DNA from: Dehalococcoidia bacterium
GTDB lineage: Bacteria > Chloroflexota > Dehalococcoidia > Lucifugimonadales > Australimonadaceae
Direction of reading: 5' to 3'
Assembly (NCBI GenBank): GCA_965248065.1
Contig: OZ252088.1
Coordinates: 2,002,389 to 2,066,388 of the forward strand
Length of the DNA: 64,000 nt
The position numbers were made by a program, and so were the translations under genes. The notes below the pieces were generated by a model that was not told where the DNA came from, did no database searches, and saw only the letters and a list, made by a program, of their open reading frames with translations. Below are positions 1 to 9,289 of the stretch, piece after piece (positions within the stretch are counted from its first letter, which is position 1; the number at the start of each line of letters is the position of its first letter).

Positions 1-381
1 CTCGTCGATGAGCTCCTCCTCGCGCGTTCGGATGTCGATCTTGACCATGTCCACGCCCGCTTCCTCTTTGAAGCGCTTGGCCGCGGCGGCCACGGCCTCG
101 ACGCCGGCTGCTGAGGGCACGGTGGGCATGTCCGCGCTCACAATCGCCCGCTCTCTGCCTCGCACGACCGACCGCGCAAAAGGAATCATGTCATCCACGG
201 TGCACTCGTCGACGTGGTCGTGTCCGAGCATGTTCCGGCCCAGGCTATCGCCGACCGAGAGCAGGTCCACTCCTGCCCGCTCGCAGATCTTGGTCATCTG
301 GAACTCGTAAACGACAGCCGCCGCAATCTTCCGGCCGTTGCGCTTCATCTCGTGCAGGTCTTCTACCGTAAGCACCGCCAT
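1..381 (-). CDS. panB: 3-methyl-2-oxobutanoate hydroxymethyltransferase (PanB-like), C-terminal part cut by the window edge
   Basis: My translation of the minus strand from ATG at 379-381 gives MAVLTVEDLHEMKRNGRKIAAAVVYEF...LLSVGDSLGRNMLGHD...SADMP...MVKID. This fits the PanB pattern (VGDSLG, ADxP). The listed + ORF 8..310 is its antisense shadow. Confidence 0.75.
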   Translation of the reverse strand, partial: MAVLTVEDLHEMKRNGRKIAAAVVYEFQMTKICERAGVDLLSVGDSLGRNMLGHDHVDECTVDDMIPFARSVVRGRERAIVSADMPTVPSAAGVEAVAAAAKRFKEEAGVDMVKIDIRTREEELIDE

Positions 382-444
382 AGGTGTTGACTCCCTTTCT
401 GTCAGCCGCTCATGTGAGCGTTGAGTGCCTCTTCCGCAATCGGA

Positions 445-1695
445 CTATAGACCGCGGGGCTGAGAAGGCATGAACCGCAAGGTGAAGACCACCACCAGCA
501 GCGCCGCAGCGCCCATCGCCGCTATGTACCAGAACATGGACTCGAAGCCCCAGGCTTGCACTACGGCCCCGACCATGAACGGGGCGGCGCCCCTGAAGAC
601 GAAATTGCTCCCGTCGAGCACGCCTAACATCGTCCCTTCGATATTCCGTCCGTGGGCGATGTCGAGGGCCCACGTCTGCACCAGCGGGTTCACCACGAAG
701 TTGAACGCCCCCATCGTCGCAATCAGCACCGTCAGGAGAATGCCGGAGCCCGCCACGGCGATGAGCACGGCTATCACCACCTTCGCGGCCAGCACCATGA
801 CGACAACCGGCTGGCGTCCTATGCGGTCGGACAGGAAGCCGAAGGCCGGGTTGGTGCCGATGCCGACGAGGGTCAGCAGCGAGAGGTGGAGCCCTACCTG
901 AAAGGTGCTCATGCCCACGCTCTCCTTCAGGTAGAGCGGGATCCAAAACAGTATGCCGCCTTGACCGAGGCCGGCGATCCCCTTGATCAGGATCAGGAGC
1001 GTGAGCGTTCTGCCGCTGTCCTGGAAGAGCGCCTTGACCTCAGCGAACTGGCCCGCGAAAGAGCGCGACGGCCCTTTCGAGCGCGCCCCAAGCTCCTGGA
1101 ACACCTGGGAGCGCCGCAGGGCCAGCCAGAGGAACACCACGAGCGCCAGCGCGAGCGGAAAGGCTAAGACGAAAAGCTGCTGCCATATGAAGAACCCTAG
1201 CAGCCAACCGGCGGCCAGCGGCCCTATCGTGTCGCCTACGCCGCCCGCCGAGCGATCGACCGAAATCATGAACCCGCGGCGGCGCGGGTATATCTGCGAC
1301 AGAAGGCCGCGCGCGGTGGGGTGCCAGATTGCTCCGGCTATCGAAGTCGCCGCCATTGCGGCGAGGATCACCATGAGGGTGGGGGCCTGCGCTATGAGGA
1401 AATAGCCCAGACCCATCGAAGACAGGCTCAGGTAGAGAATCGCGAGCCGACGATGCCGGAGACGGTCGACCAAGACACCGCCCACCGTCGAGGACACTCC
1501 GCTGCTGACGTTGCGCACCGCGCCGATCAGGCCGGCCGTCAGCGGGGAGAGCCCCAACGCTACGTATATCTCGGGAAGCACCACGAGGAACGCATGGCCG
1601 TAGAGGTGCTGGAGCGTATGGCTCCCGATGACGGCGCCCGTGGCGACATGGTCGCGTGTGCCTGGCTCAGTCGAGACTACCCTTGTCGCCGCCAT
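445..1695 (-). CDS. MFS transporter
   Basis: 416 aa, about 12 hydrophobic segments, MFS-like loop motifs (DRLRHRR, GPLAAGWL). Confidence 0.8.
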   Translation of the reverse strand: MAATRVVSTEPGTRDHVATGAVIGSHTLQHLYGHAFLVVLPEIYVALGLSPLTAGLIGAVRNVSSGVSSTVGGVLVDRLRHRRLAILYLSLSSMGLGYFLIAQAPTLMVILAAMAATSIAGAIWHPTARGLLSQIYPRRRGFMISVDRSAGGVGDTIGPLAAGWLLGFFIWQQLFVLAFPLALALVVFLWLALRRSQVFQELGARSKGPSRSFAGQFAEVKALFQDSGRTLTLLILIKGIAGLGQGGILFWIPLYLKESVGMSTFQVGLHLSLLTLVGIGTNPAFGFLSDRIGRQPVVVMVLAAKVVIAVLIAVAGSGILLTVLIATMGAFNFVVNPLVQTWALDIAHGRNIEGTMLGVLDGSNFVFRGAAPFMVGAVVQAWGFESMFWYIAAMGAAALLVVVFTLRFMPSQPRGL

Positions 1696-1797
1696 TCTCC
1701 CCTCCCCGGCCGGAACGGCCGCCCCATCCTCTCAACGAGAGGCCTCATTCTAACTACAGAACTCCGCTTGCTCCTCGCCGCATCCGGGGCGGCGCGT

Positions 1798-2835
1798 TCA
1801 CGGGAGCGGCAGACCGACCCAGCCGCCTTGGGCAAGGGACAGAGAGGACGCCTCCAGGAACTCCATGTTCTTGACGCCGTCGTAGAAGGTCTCGTTCCCT
1901 GCTACATCCTCCCCGCGCACGAGGCGCACGAAGTCTTCTTCCGCATGCCAGGTCTCTTCGTACTCCGCCGGCGTCGGGAGAGGGGCCAGCTCCTTGTCGC
2001 CCTCGCGAGCGCCCAGCAGCTCTCCCCTCCGTGGATAGACCAGCGTTCCCTCTTCCCCGTATACCTCGATTCGCTCCTCGCCAAAGAGCGTGACGCCGCT
2101 CTGGATGCAGGCGATAGTCACGTCCTCCGCCATCTCGGCGATGACCGTCAAGGCGTCCGGCATTTCTATGCCGATGAGCTCGCCGTCCGGCCCGTCGGCC
2201 CGCTGCCTCGTGAAGGTGCGCCCCCAGGCCAGGACTCGCTCGGGATCGCCGAACAGGAGGCGGAGGACTTCCCAGTCGAGTCCGAGGTGCAGGGGGTTGA
2301 TCGCGCCGAACGAGCGGTGGTCTTGACGGCGCTGTAAAGGGGCCGAGCTATCGGCATAGTCGGAGACCATATAGTAGGAGAAGACCTGTCGGACCCTGCC
2401 AACGTAACCGGCGTCCAGAAGATGCTTCATGTACAAACGCGACCTCTCGTAGGAGGTCGCCGGGACCAATCGGGCCTTGAGGCCCGTCTCTTCGGCCTTG
2501 CGCAACATCTGCCGGGCTTCGAGGAGGCTCGTGGCCATGCGCGTCTGGCACAGGACGTGCTTGCCCGCGTCGAGCGCGCCGATGACGACCTCGTGATGGA
2601 GGCGGGGCAACGTTCCGACCACGACCGCATCGACGTCTTCCCTCGCCACCAGCTCACGCCAACTTCCCGCCGCGGCGGGGATGCCGAGCTCCTCAGCGGC
2701 CCGCTCCGAGCTTTCGAGGCTGCTGTTGGCGACAGCCGTGATTTCCACGCCCTCTACCGAGCGCAGGTTGGGGAGCATGCGGCGGCGCGTGAACCCCCCG
2801 GCCCCGACGATGCCGATACGGACCGTTTCAGACAT
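1798..2835 (-). CDS. Gfo/Idh/MocA family NAD(P)-dependent oxidoreductase
   Basis: The N-terminal Rossmann motif MSETVRIGIVGAGGF starts at ATG 2833-2835. The upstream 52 codons of ORF 1798..2991 run into a REP repeat and were trimmed. Confidence 0.85.
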   Translation of the reverse strand: MSETVRIGIVGAGGFTRRRMLPNLRSVEGVEITAVANSSLESSERAAEELGIPAAAGSWRELVAREDVDAVVVGTLPRLHHEVVIGALDAGKHVLCQTRMATSLLEARQMLRKAEETGLKARLVPATSYERSRLYMKHLLDAGYVGRVRQVFSYYMVSDYADSSAPLQRRQDHRSFGAINPLHLGLDWEVLRLLFGDPERVLAWGRTFTRQRADGPDGELIGIEMPDALTVIAEMAEDVTIACIQSGVTLFGEERIEVYGEEGTLVYPRRGELLGAREGDKELAPLPTPAEYEETWHAEEDFVRLVRGEDVAGNETFYDGVKNMEFLEASSLSLAQGGWVGLPLP

Positions 2836-2855
2836 GCTCCTCCCAAGCGGGCTGA

Positions 2856-2892
2856 CCCCCTCCCTAACCCTCCCCCATAGACGGGAGAGGGG
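2856..2892. repeat. REP-like repeat, module B variant (CCCTCCCCC-ATAGAC-GGGAGAGGGG hairpin)
   Basis: Sequence family shared with 5895, 10803, 17860, 40581, 46971 and 47009. Confidence 0.6.
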
Positions 2893-2959
2893 ACCAGGAG
2901 GGCTATTTTCGAAGCAAGCCGCCCTAGCCAGCTCAGCGGCAGGCTGCCTCGATCTCTTG

Positions 2960-4360
2960 CTACTCGTGCCCCAGCCTGGACCTGCCGGCAAAGTGGAACG
3001 GCTTTTCGGCCACCATGGCGGAGCGCTCCTCCTGTCCCATGTTGAACAGCCGCAGCCCCTCTTCCTTGCTCAGGCCAGCGATGTTGTCGGAAGTGATGCG
3101 GATGATCCCGTTATCCTCGGGGGCGCGGATGATCCCGATCGGGTCCTGCCCCTCCTTCACCCTCACCATCTGCTCCCTCCAGACCCGGCGGTTCATGATG
3201 AGTCCCTCATCGGTAATCCCCAGATGCCACTGCTCCCAGTCCGGGAGGTAGTGCCGCTCGGCGGGTCCCTGGGTCTGCTGGGCCACCTCGTCTTCCCAGA
3301 TGTTGCCCTGGCGCCACGGGTGGCCGTAGTTCCAGTAGGAGCCCACCTGCTGCGCCCAATCGTCCGGCAACCCCCGAGCCCTGCCGATGCTCGGCAACGG
3401 GCTGTTCATTGCATCAATGGCGGCCTGGCCCTCCTTGGAGATCTTCCCGTCCACGAAGGGGAAGAAGTCGACCGTGAACCAGCGGGTGTTGTAGTCGTCC
3501 ACCGGCATCGCCCACTTCATGCTGCCCGCGTTGTCTTGGTTGCAGCGCTGGGTGGGCCAGACGGTATGCGTCTCGTGGTACATGTACTGGCCCTGACGCC
3601 CGGACATCTCCTTCAGCACCTTCATGCGCGTTCCCCACGGGGTGCGCTCGTACTTCATGGGCGTCGCAAGCTGGCCGTCCGCTCCCCAGTACATCGACCC
3701 GACTTTCGGCGGGTCCCTGAACCAGCCGTGGGCGATTTCGCCGTGCCATGGGTCCATGTTGTTGTCGTGCAGCGCCTGAAATACGTTGCACCGCTCGGTG
3801 TAGCCCCCGTTTCCGGTGACGCGGACTCCATCATCGCTGAAGAGCTGGTGATACCGAGGGAAGAGCGGCTGCAGGTCGGGCGGCCCCATGTAGGCGAAGA
3901 TCAGGCCCGCCACTTCGAAGCACGGGTAGGAGAGGTGCTGCACCTTCTCGGCGAACCGGCTGCCGGGGGGCTCGCCGGGCATCTCGACCACAACGCCGTC
4001 GCCGTTGTAGAGCCAGCCGTGGTAGAGGCACCGGATGCAATCGCCCTCCACGCGACCATAGCTGAGAGAGGCGCCGCGATGGCTGCAGTGCTCGCCCATG
4101 AGGTGCGGCTTGCCCTGGGAGTCGCGGAACAGGATGAGGTGCTCTCCGAGCGCGGTTACACGCACGGGGTTGTTCACGCCGCGGTTGCTGCCGCCGCCCA
4201 CGTTTGCGGAGATCTCCACCGGGAGCCAGTAGCGACGGAAGACGTCGCCGGACGGCGTTCCCGGTCCCACCTGAATCATCTCGAGCTCTTCGTCGTTCCT
4301 CAAGACGCCACCTCCTATTCGGGACTGCAGAACAGGGACATCCAACCTAGAGGCCTGCAT
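2960..4360 (-). CDS. Rieske [2Fe-2S] aromatic ring-hydroxylating oxygenase, alpha subunit-like
   Basis: Rieske motif CSHRGASLSYG...CLYHGWLY. The start is uncertain (ATG 4360 or ATG 4279). The ORF-track start at 4438 lies inside the IS30 left inverted repeat, so it was rejected. Confidence 0.8.
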   Translation of the reverse strand: MQASRLDVPVLQSRIGGGVLRNDEELEMIQVGPGTPSGDVFRRYWLPVEISANVGGGSNRGVNNPVRVTALGEHLILFRDSQGKPHLMGEHCSHRGASLSYGRVEGDCIRCLYHGWLYNGDGVVVEMPGEPPGSRFAEKVQHLSYPCFEVAGLIFAYMGPPDLQPLFPRYHQLFSDDGVRVTGNGGYTERCNVFQALHDNNMDPWHGEIAHGWFRDPPKVGSMYWGADGQLATPMKYERTPWGTRMKVLKEMSGRQGQYMYHETHTVWPTQRCNQDNAGSMKWAMPVDDYNTRWFTVDFFPFVDGKISKEGQAAIDAMNSPLPSIGRARGLPDDWAQQVGSYWNYGHPWRQGNIWEDEVAQQTQGPAERHYLPDWEQWHLGITDEGLIMNRRVWREQMVRVKEGQDPIGIIRAPEDNGIIRITSDNIAGLSKEEGLRLFNMGQEERSAMVAEKPFHFAGRSRLGHE

Positions 4361-4429
4361 ACCACTTTCCCTCGGTTGGGTCAATCGTGGCGGCCCTCCT
4401 CCCCGCGCTTCGCTGCGCTTGCGCGTCCC

Positions 4430-4455
4430 TGAATCCACAAACGAAGTGCAACACC
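4430..4455. repeat. IS30 left terminal inverted repeat
   Basis: tgaatccacaaacgaagtgcaacacc. Its reverse complement recurs at 5428-5453 with 3 central mismatches. Confidence 0.75.
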
Positions 4456-4471
4456 AGATTAGGGTGTTGCC

Positions 4472-5638
4472 ATGGAATACAGACAGCTCTGCATTGAGGA
4501 ACGGTGTGAGATTGCCCGCTTACGCGCCAAGGGCTCCTCGGTCCGGCAAGTCGCTACAACTCTGGATCGCGCGGCATCGACCGTGGCTCGGGAGCTGAAG
4601 CGGAACGCACTGCGAACGGACGGGTACCAAGCGTCGCCGGCCCAGGAGCGTGCCCGCGCGCGGCGCTGGACGGGGGCGCGGCTGGAACGGGACGAGGGGT
4701 TGCGGGAGCGGGTCTTGGCGGGCCTGAAGTGGGGGTGGTCGCCGGAGCAGGTCGCCCATGAGATGCGCAGAGAGGAGGGCCGGACGGTGACCTCGGACGA
4801 GAGCATCTACCGGTTCGTCTACGCCCAGGCCGCGCGGCACAAAGACCATGATTGGCGGCGCTACTTGCCGAGGGCGAAGTGGAAGCGGGGGAGGCGGGGC
4901 CGCAGGGGGGGAAGCTCGGTTTCCTTCATCCCCCTCCGGAGGGCGCTCTCGGAACGGCCTGCGGCGGCGGCCGACCGGCGGACCTTCGGGCACTGGGAGG
5001 CGGACACGATGCAGTTCGGGAGGTCGGGAGAGGTGGTGTTGGCCCTGCAGGAACGCTCCTCGCGCCTCTTGCTTCTCGCGCGTGCGCCGTCGAAGGAGGC
5101 GGGGCCGATCGCGGAGTCCATCGCCCGGATGCTGGGGCCGTTGCCGCCGGAGTTTCGCCAGACGGTGACCTTCGACAATGGGACCGAGTTCACCCGTCAC
5201 TACGAGCTCCACCGGTTGGGCATCGAGACGTTCTTCTGCGACACGTACTCGCCGTGGCAGAAGGGGGGAGTGGAGAACGCGATCGGCCGGCTGCGGCGGT
5301 TCCTGCCGCGGGGGACGAATCTGGGGGAGGTGTCGGATGAGCGGTTTGCGCTGATCGGGCAGGCGTACAACAATACGCCGCGCAAGTGCCTGGGCTACCG
5401 GACACCGGCGGGGGTCGTCGAGGAACAGGTGTTGCACTTCAAATGTGGATTCACCGTTTTCCTGAGCTGGATATGCTCAGCCAACATTGCCCAGCGGTCC
5501 AGTAGAGCTGTTAGCGGTCGGTACGAAGGGCATCTGTTCGGGACTTCCAACCGGCCAAACATCAGATATTCGTTACCGAATAAGATTGCGGTTGGCTTCT
5601 CCAAAAGCCTTGTGATGAATCTCAGCCATAGGAGGTAG
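4472..5638 (+). CDS. IS30 family transposase (ORF reads through the right IR into flanking DNA)
   Basis: N-terminal HTH (CIEERCEIARLRAKGSSVRQVATTL...ARELKRN) and a DDE core (GHWEADTM...). There is no stop codon inside the element. About 60 C-terminal codons (5454-5638) come from lower-GC flanking DNA. Confidence 0.85.
   Translation: MEYRQLCIEERCEIARLRAKGSSVRQVATTLDRAASTVARELKRNALRTDGYQASPAQERARARRWTGARLERDEGLRERVLAGLKWGWSPEQVAHEMRREEGRTVTSDESIYRFVYAQAARHKDHDWRRYLPRAKWKRGRRGRRGGSSVSFIPLRRALSERPAAAADRRTFGHWEADTMQFGRSGEVVLALQERSSRLLLLARAPSKEAGPIAESIARMLGPLPPEFRQTVTFDNGTEFTRHYELHRLGIETFFCDTYSPWQKGGVENAIGRLRRFLPRGTNLGEVSDERFALIGQAYNNTPRKCLGYRTPAGVVEEQVLHFKCGFTVFLSWICSANIAQRSSRAVSGRYEGHLFGTSNRPNIRYSLPNKIAVGFSKSLVMNLSHRR
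5428..5453. repeat. IS30 right terminal inverted repeat
   Basis: ggtgttgcacttcaaatgtggattca, the reverse complement of the left IR. Confidence 0.75.
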
Positions 5639-5815
5639 ACACATGACATCAATCACGGAGAGAACACGCATTAGAGAGGGTAGAACGCCTAGTGGAAACC
5701 CCCTTAACAATACTGGCCATCCTGACTATACCGCTGCTAATAAGTCCGCTATGGCACGAGGACATAGGCGCTCCAGGCCAGTTCTCACCCCTGCCCTCTG
5801 CGCTCCCCGCGCACC

Positions 5816-5943
5816 CTGGATTCCCGCCTTCGCGGGAATCCCTCATGTGGGGCTACGCCCCACACCATAACCGACGAAAATAGGGGGGCGGGGCGGCCCC
5901 CTCTCTAACTCCCCCCCGCAGACGGTGGAGAGGACTTTCGAGG
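5816..5943. repeat. REP-like repeats (module A variant 5816-5841, module B 5895-5943)
   Basis: Module A is ctggaTTCCCGCcttcGCGGGAAtcc. Module B is ccccctctctaactcccccccgcagacggtggagaggactttcgagg. Confidence 0.7.
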
Positions 5944-5969
5944 CAATCCCTGAACTTGGGTGTGCGTAA

Positions 5970-6141
5970 CTGTTCAGAGTTGATGAGGCGAGTGCCAGCG
6001 GAACCACCCCTAGCCCCTCCTTGGTAAGGAGGGGAATGACGGAGGGGGCGTTGGTTGGCGGGGCGGCGTGGTTCGACAGGCTCACCACGAACCAATCAGG
6101 GAAGGGCTCACCACGAACCTAAACTCATCAACTCTGAACAG
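5970..6141. repeat. MITE-like unit bounded by perfect 18-bp inverted repeats
   Basis: CTGTTCAGAGTTGATGAG (5970-5987) and CTCATCAACTCTGAACAG (6124-6141). GGGTGTGCGT occurs directly outside both ends (5958-5967, 6146-6155). The interior holds a REP-like hairpin at 6011-6046. Confidence 0.45.
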
Positions 6142-6319
6142 CTACGGGTGTGCGTCCCTGGGTATCGGTTTCCGTCACGATGGGCTATAATGTCGCGGCA
6201 CGCGCTAATTAGCGCACCAAGGTTTGATACAAGAACGGACCGGCCTCTCACCCTCTCTTCTTGTTCGCCCCCGGTGATTCGCCCGTGTTCTCACTCTAAT
6301 TTAGGGAGTCCGTTCTCGT

Positions 6320-7702
6320 ATGGCCCTTGCTTATCCGTCCGCCCGCCCGCGCCCGTCCAACCGCACCCCACACCAGACCGTTTGCGATGACTGCAGTATG
6401 CCGGCCACGCTCTCTTTCCGGCCCACCCAGGGCAAGCCGGTGTATTGCCGCTCATGCTTCAAGGCCCGCCGTCAGGGGACTTCCCCTGCGGTCGGCGCCG
6501 ACCTTGTCCAGGCCATCCGTCCGCGTCCCGTAAGTGAGCAAGCCGTTGAGGGCATCCTGACCGGCGACGCCACGTTTTCCGGGATGTCCCTGAACCCAGC
6601 CACCAAGACGGCGATTTCCCGGATGAACATATCCAGGCTCACGCCCATCCAGGAGAAGGCTATCCCTGAGCTCCTAGCGAGACGCGACCTGATCGGCCAG
6701 GCGCGCACCGGCTCCGGTAAGACGCTGGCATTCGCGGCGCCTTTGGCGGAGATATGCGACCCGTTGGTCCGGCAAGTGCAGGCCATTGTGCTGGTCCCCA
6801 CCCGGGAACTGGCCATGCAAGTGGCCGGAGTCATCGAAGCCCTGGCTTCCCCGCAGAAAATCCGTGTGACGCTGCTGTATGGCGGGCGGTCTCTGAAGCC
6901 GGAATATGCAGCGTTGAGGAACGGAACCCAAGTCGTCATCGGCACTCCGGGCCGGACGCTGGACCATCTGCGGCAGAGGACGCTGGACCTCAGCTCCGTG
7001 CGATTCCTGGTGCTGGACGAAGCGGACGAAATGCTGGACAGGGGGTTGGGCCCCGACGTTGAAGCCATCATAGGCCGGACGCCCAAGGAGCGGCAGACGG
7101 CGCTCTTCTCCGCAACGATGCCGGAGTGGGTGTCCCAGACCGCCTCGAAGCACCTGCGCAATCCTGTAACGGTGGAGGTGGACGCGGGCCTGCAGGCCCC
7201 TCCCGCCGTGGAGCACCTGGTCTACACCATCGAGAAGAGCGACAAGCTCGAGGCGCTGCGGACTCTGCTGGACCAGCGGGAAGATGCCCCGGTGATCGTG
7301 TTTGGCAAGACCAAGCGCGGCGTCAAGCAATTGGCCCAAAAGCTGGATTCCTTGGGCTATCCGGTTGGAGCGCTCCAGGGAAATCTCAGCCAGGGCGCGC
7401 GCGAACGGGTTGTGAGGGATTTCCGTTCCGGCGCGGCGCCGGTCCTGGTGGCAACCAACGTGGCCGCCAGAGGTCTGGACTTCGAGGGTATCGGCCAAGT
7501 TATCAACTATGACCTGCCGGACTCGGAGCAACTGTTCACCCACCGCGTTGGACGGACCGGCCGCATGGGGCGCTCCGGCGAGGCGGTGACGTTCATCACG
7601 GCGGACGAAGAACGGAAGTGGCACGAGATCGAGCGCGGCCTAGGCCGCCGGTTCGTCCGCAAGCCCTGGCAGCCGGTCCGTAAGGCCAGGCCGCTCCTCT
7701 AG
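6320..7702 (+). CDS. DEAD-box ATP-dependent RNA helicase with N-terminal CxxC...CxxC zinc ribbon
   Basis: Motifs AQTGSGKT-like (ARTGSGKT), PTRELA, DEAD (VLDEADEM), SAT (FSATMP) and HRVGRTGR. N-terminal CDDC...CRSC. Confidence 0.9.
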   Translation: MALAYPSARPRPSNRTPHQTVCDDCSMPATLSFRPTQGKPVYCRSCFKARRQGTSPAVGADLVQAIRPRPVSEQAVEGILTGDATFSGMSLNPATKTAISRMNISRLTPIQEKAIPELLARRDLIGQARTGSGKTLAFAAPLAEICDPLVRQVQAIVLVPTRELAMQVAGVIEALASPQKIRVTLLYGGRSLKPEYAALRNGTQVVIGTPGRTLDHLRQRTLDLSSVRFLVLDEADEMLDRGLGPDVEAIIGRTPKERQTALFSATMPEWVSQTASKHLRNPVTVEVDAGLQAPPAVEHLVYTIEKSDKLEALRTLLDQREDAPVIVFGKTKRGVKQLAQKLDSLGYPVGALQGNLSQGARERVVRDFRSGAAPVLVATNVAARGLDFEGIGQVINYDLPDSEQLFTHRVGRTGRMGRSGEAVTFITADEERKWHEIERGLGRRFVRKPWQPVRKARPLL

Positions 7703-7776
7703 CGGCGTCCGCTTCATACGCTTCGCGTCTGTTAGCACCCTCTCGCTGAGGGCGGAGCCGGAGGCGATGACGGGCG

Positions 7777-8889
7777 TCAACCCCAGACTTGGCGGGCGGT
7801 CTCGGCGACGATGCGGAGTTTGGCGTTCTGCTGTTCGATGGTGAGGTTGTTGCCCACGATGGACGTGCCGAAGCCGCACTGGGGGCTTATCGCTAGCTGC
7901 TCGCGGGGGAAGCAGCGGGCCGCCTCGGCAATCCTGGCCGCTAGCTCGGAGGGGGTTTCGGGGCGGGGGGACTTGGTGGTGACTAGGCCGAGCACGACGG
8001 TCTTGTCGTCGGGGACGGCGCGCAGGGGCTCGAAGGAGCCTGAGCGCTCGTCGTCGTACTCCAGCATGAGGCGTTGGGCGTTCACGCGGCGGAGGACCGG
8101 CTCCACGAGCCTGTCGTAGCCGCCTTCGGCCAGCCAACGGCTGCCCTGGTTGCCGCGTCAGAGGTGGAAAGCGAACACCGCCTCGGGGAAGCCGTCCATC
8201 ACTGCGTTGTCCAGCTCGACGCCCTGGGCGATCCAGTCCTCCGCGGTCCAGCCCCGGGCCTGGTAGAAGGCCGCCCACGCCGGGTCCAGCACGAGGGGGT
8301 AGTGGGGAGCGTCGAGCTGGATATAGGTTGCGCCCAGCCTGATCAGCTCCTCGATCTCCTCGCGGACGATCCGGGCCACATCGGCCAGGAACGCGTCGAG
8401 CGTGGGGTAGGCCTCGGCGGACTTCGCCGGCGACCAGAAGTTGGCGAAGAGGCTAGGACTCGGCAGCGTCACCTTCGCTATGCGGGCCGTCCTGCCGCGC
8501 AGGTACGCGAACTCCTCCGCCGACAGGTGGCGCTTGCGCCGGAGGGGCCCGACGACGCCGAGGGCCGAGGGGCGCTCCTTGCGCAAGTCCCCTACCCGCT
8601 CGCCGCCTCGCCAATCGCCCCAGAGGAAGGCGTCGATATCGAACTCGCCGAAGCCTTCGACGGCCTCGGGCATCTGGCTCTGGAACGAGAGCCTGCGCAT
8701 CTCGCCGTCGGTGACGATCTCGAGTCCGGCGTCTTCCTGGGCGGCGACGGCCTGGTCGACGGCGGCGTCCTCGATGCGCTTGAACTCCGAGGGGGCGATC
8801 CGTTCAGCGGCAAGGTCATCGCGGGCGGCGAGGAGCTCCGGCGGTCTGATCAGGCTGCCGACGACGTCGGCATGGGGCAGGTGTGGCAT
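7777..8889 (-). pseudogene. Cobalamin-independent methionine synthase (MetE C-terminal domain/COG0620)-like methyltransferase interrupted by one in-frame TGA
   Basis: ORFs 8158..8889 and 7777..8106 are in the same frame (checked by arithmetic). They are joined through the TGA at 8158-8160 in the context AFHL-TGA-RGNQG, where the family has H-x-C-RGN (zinc ligands). Start ATG is at 8887-8889 (MPHLPHADVVGSLIRP). Confidence 0.7.
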
Positions 8890-8944
8890 GGCGGGGAGTT
8901 TCGCACATCCGGGGGGGCTGGGCCTCAGTACTTCCCCGCGCGGA

Positions 8945-9289
8945 TCAGCTCGCCCTGGTCGCCTGTGGGGCTGCGACTTCGATTTCAACCATCTCAATGA
9001 TCGGGGGCAAACCGGGGACTGCGTCCGCGAAGAGGGCGAGGGTTTCCTCGTCGCTCTCGGCAAGGAGTTGATTGTGATAGGCCAACGCCTGCTCGATGGA
9101 CCTCTTCGGCTCCGGGACCGGGGCACCGTCCTCCATCAAGAACTCGATGTGGAACGTGAGAGCTTCCCGGATCATCGCCTGCATCTCGTCCCAGGTCTTG
9201 CCGACGCTGATGCATCCCGGCACGTCGGGAACATAGGCAGCGTAGTTGTTGGGGGTCTGCTCGAAAACTACCGCGTAGGTCAGCTTCAT
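8945..9289 (-). CDS. hicB: HicB-family antitoxin
   Basis: MKLTYAVVFEQTPNNYAAYVPDVPGCISVGKTWDEM... is a typical HicB/UPF0150 fold sequence. There is a 4-nt ATGA overlap with upstream hicA. Confidence 0.8.
   Translation of the reverse strand: MKLTYAVVFEQTPNNYAAYVPDVPGCISVGKTWDEMQAMIREALTFHIEFLMEDGAPVPEPKRSIEQALAYHNQLLAESDEETLALFADAVPGLPPIIEMVEIEVAAPQATRAS

Larger units (their letters stand above)
4430..5453 (+). mobile_element. IS30-family insertion sequence (1024 bp)
   Basis: 26-bp terminal inverted repeats TGAATCCACA-NNN-GAAGTGCAACACC at 4430-4455 and 5428-5453 (23/26 match) enclose an IS30-type transposase gene. Confidence 0.8.

Noticed and set aside
8-310. 100 aa + strand ORF at the window start.
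   Set aside because: The opposite strand encodes a clear PanB-like protein from ATG 379-381.
2681-4432. 583 aa + strand ORF.
   Set aside because: It is antisense to the Rieske oxygenase gene. It is low-complexity (Pro/Arg/Gly/Leu/His-rich) with no motif, the typical shadow ORF of high-GC DNA. The same applies to 9724..10716(-), 16605..17681(+), 17927..19231(+), 41204..42619(-), 57606..59291(+), 60227..61891(+), 60309..61688(-), 10685..11917(-), 44745..45650(-) and many shorter ones.
5643-5870. 75 aa ORF with a good AGGAGG RBS just beyond the IS30 right end.
   Set aside because: Its second half is translated REP repeat (PWIPAFAGIP) and no motif was recognised. It may be a remnant of a gene disrupted by the IS. 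Not called.
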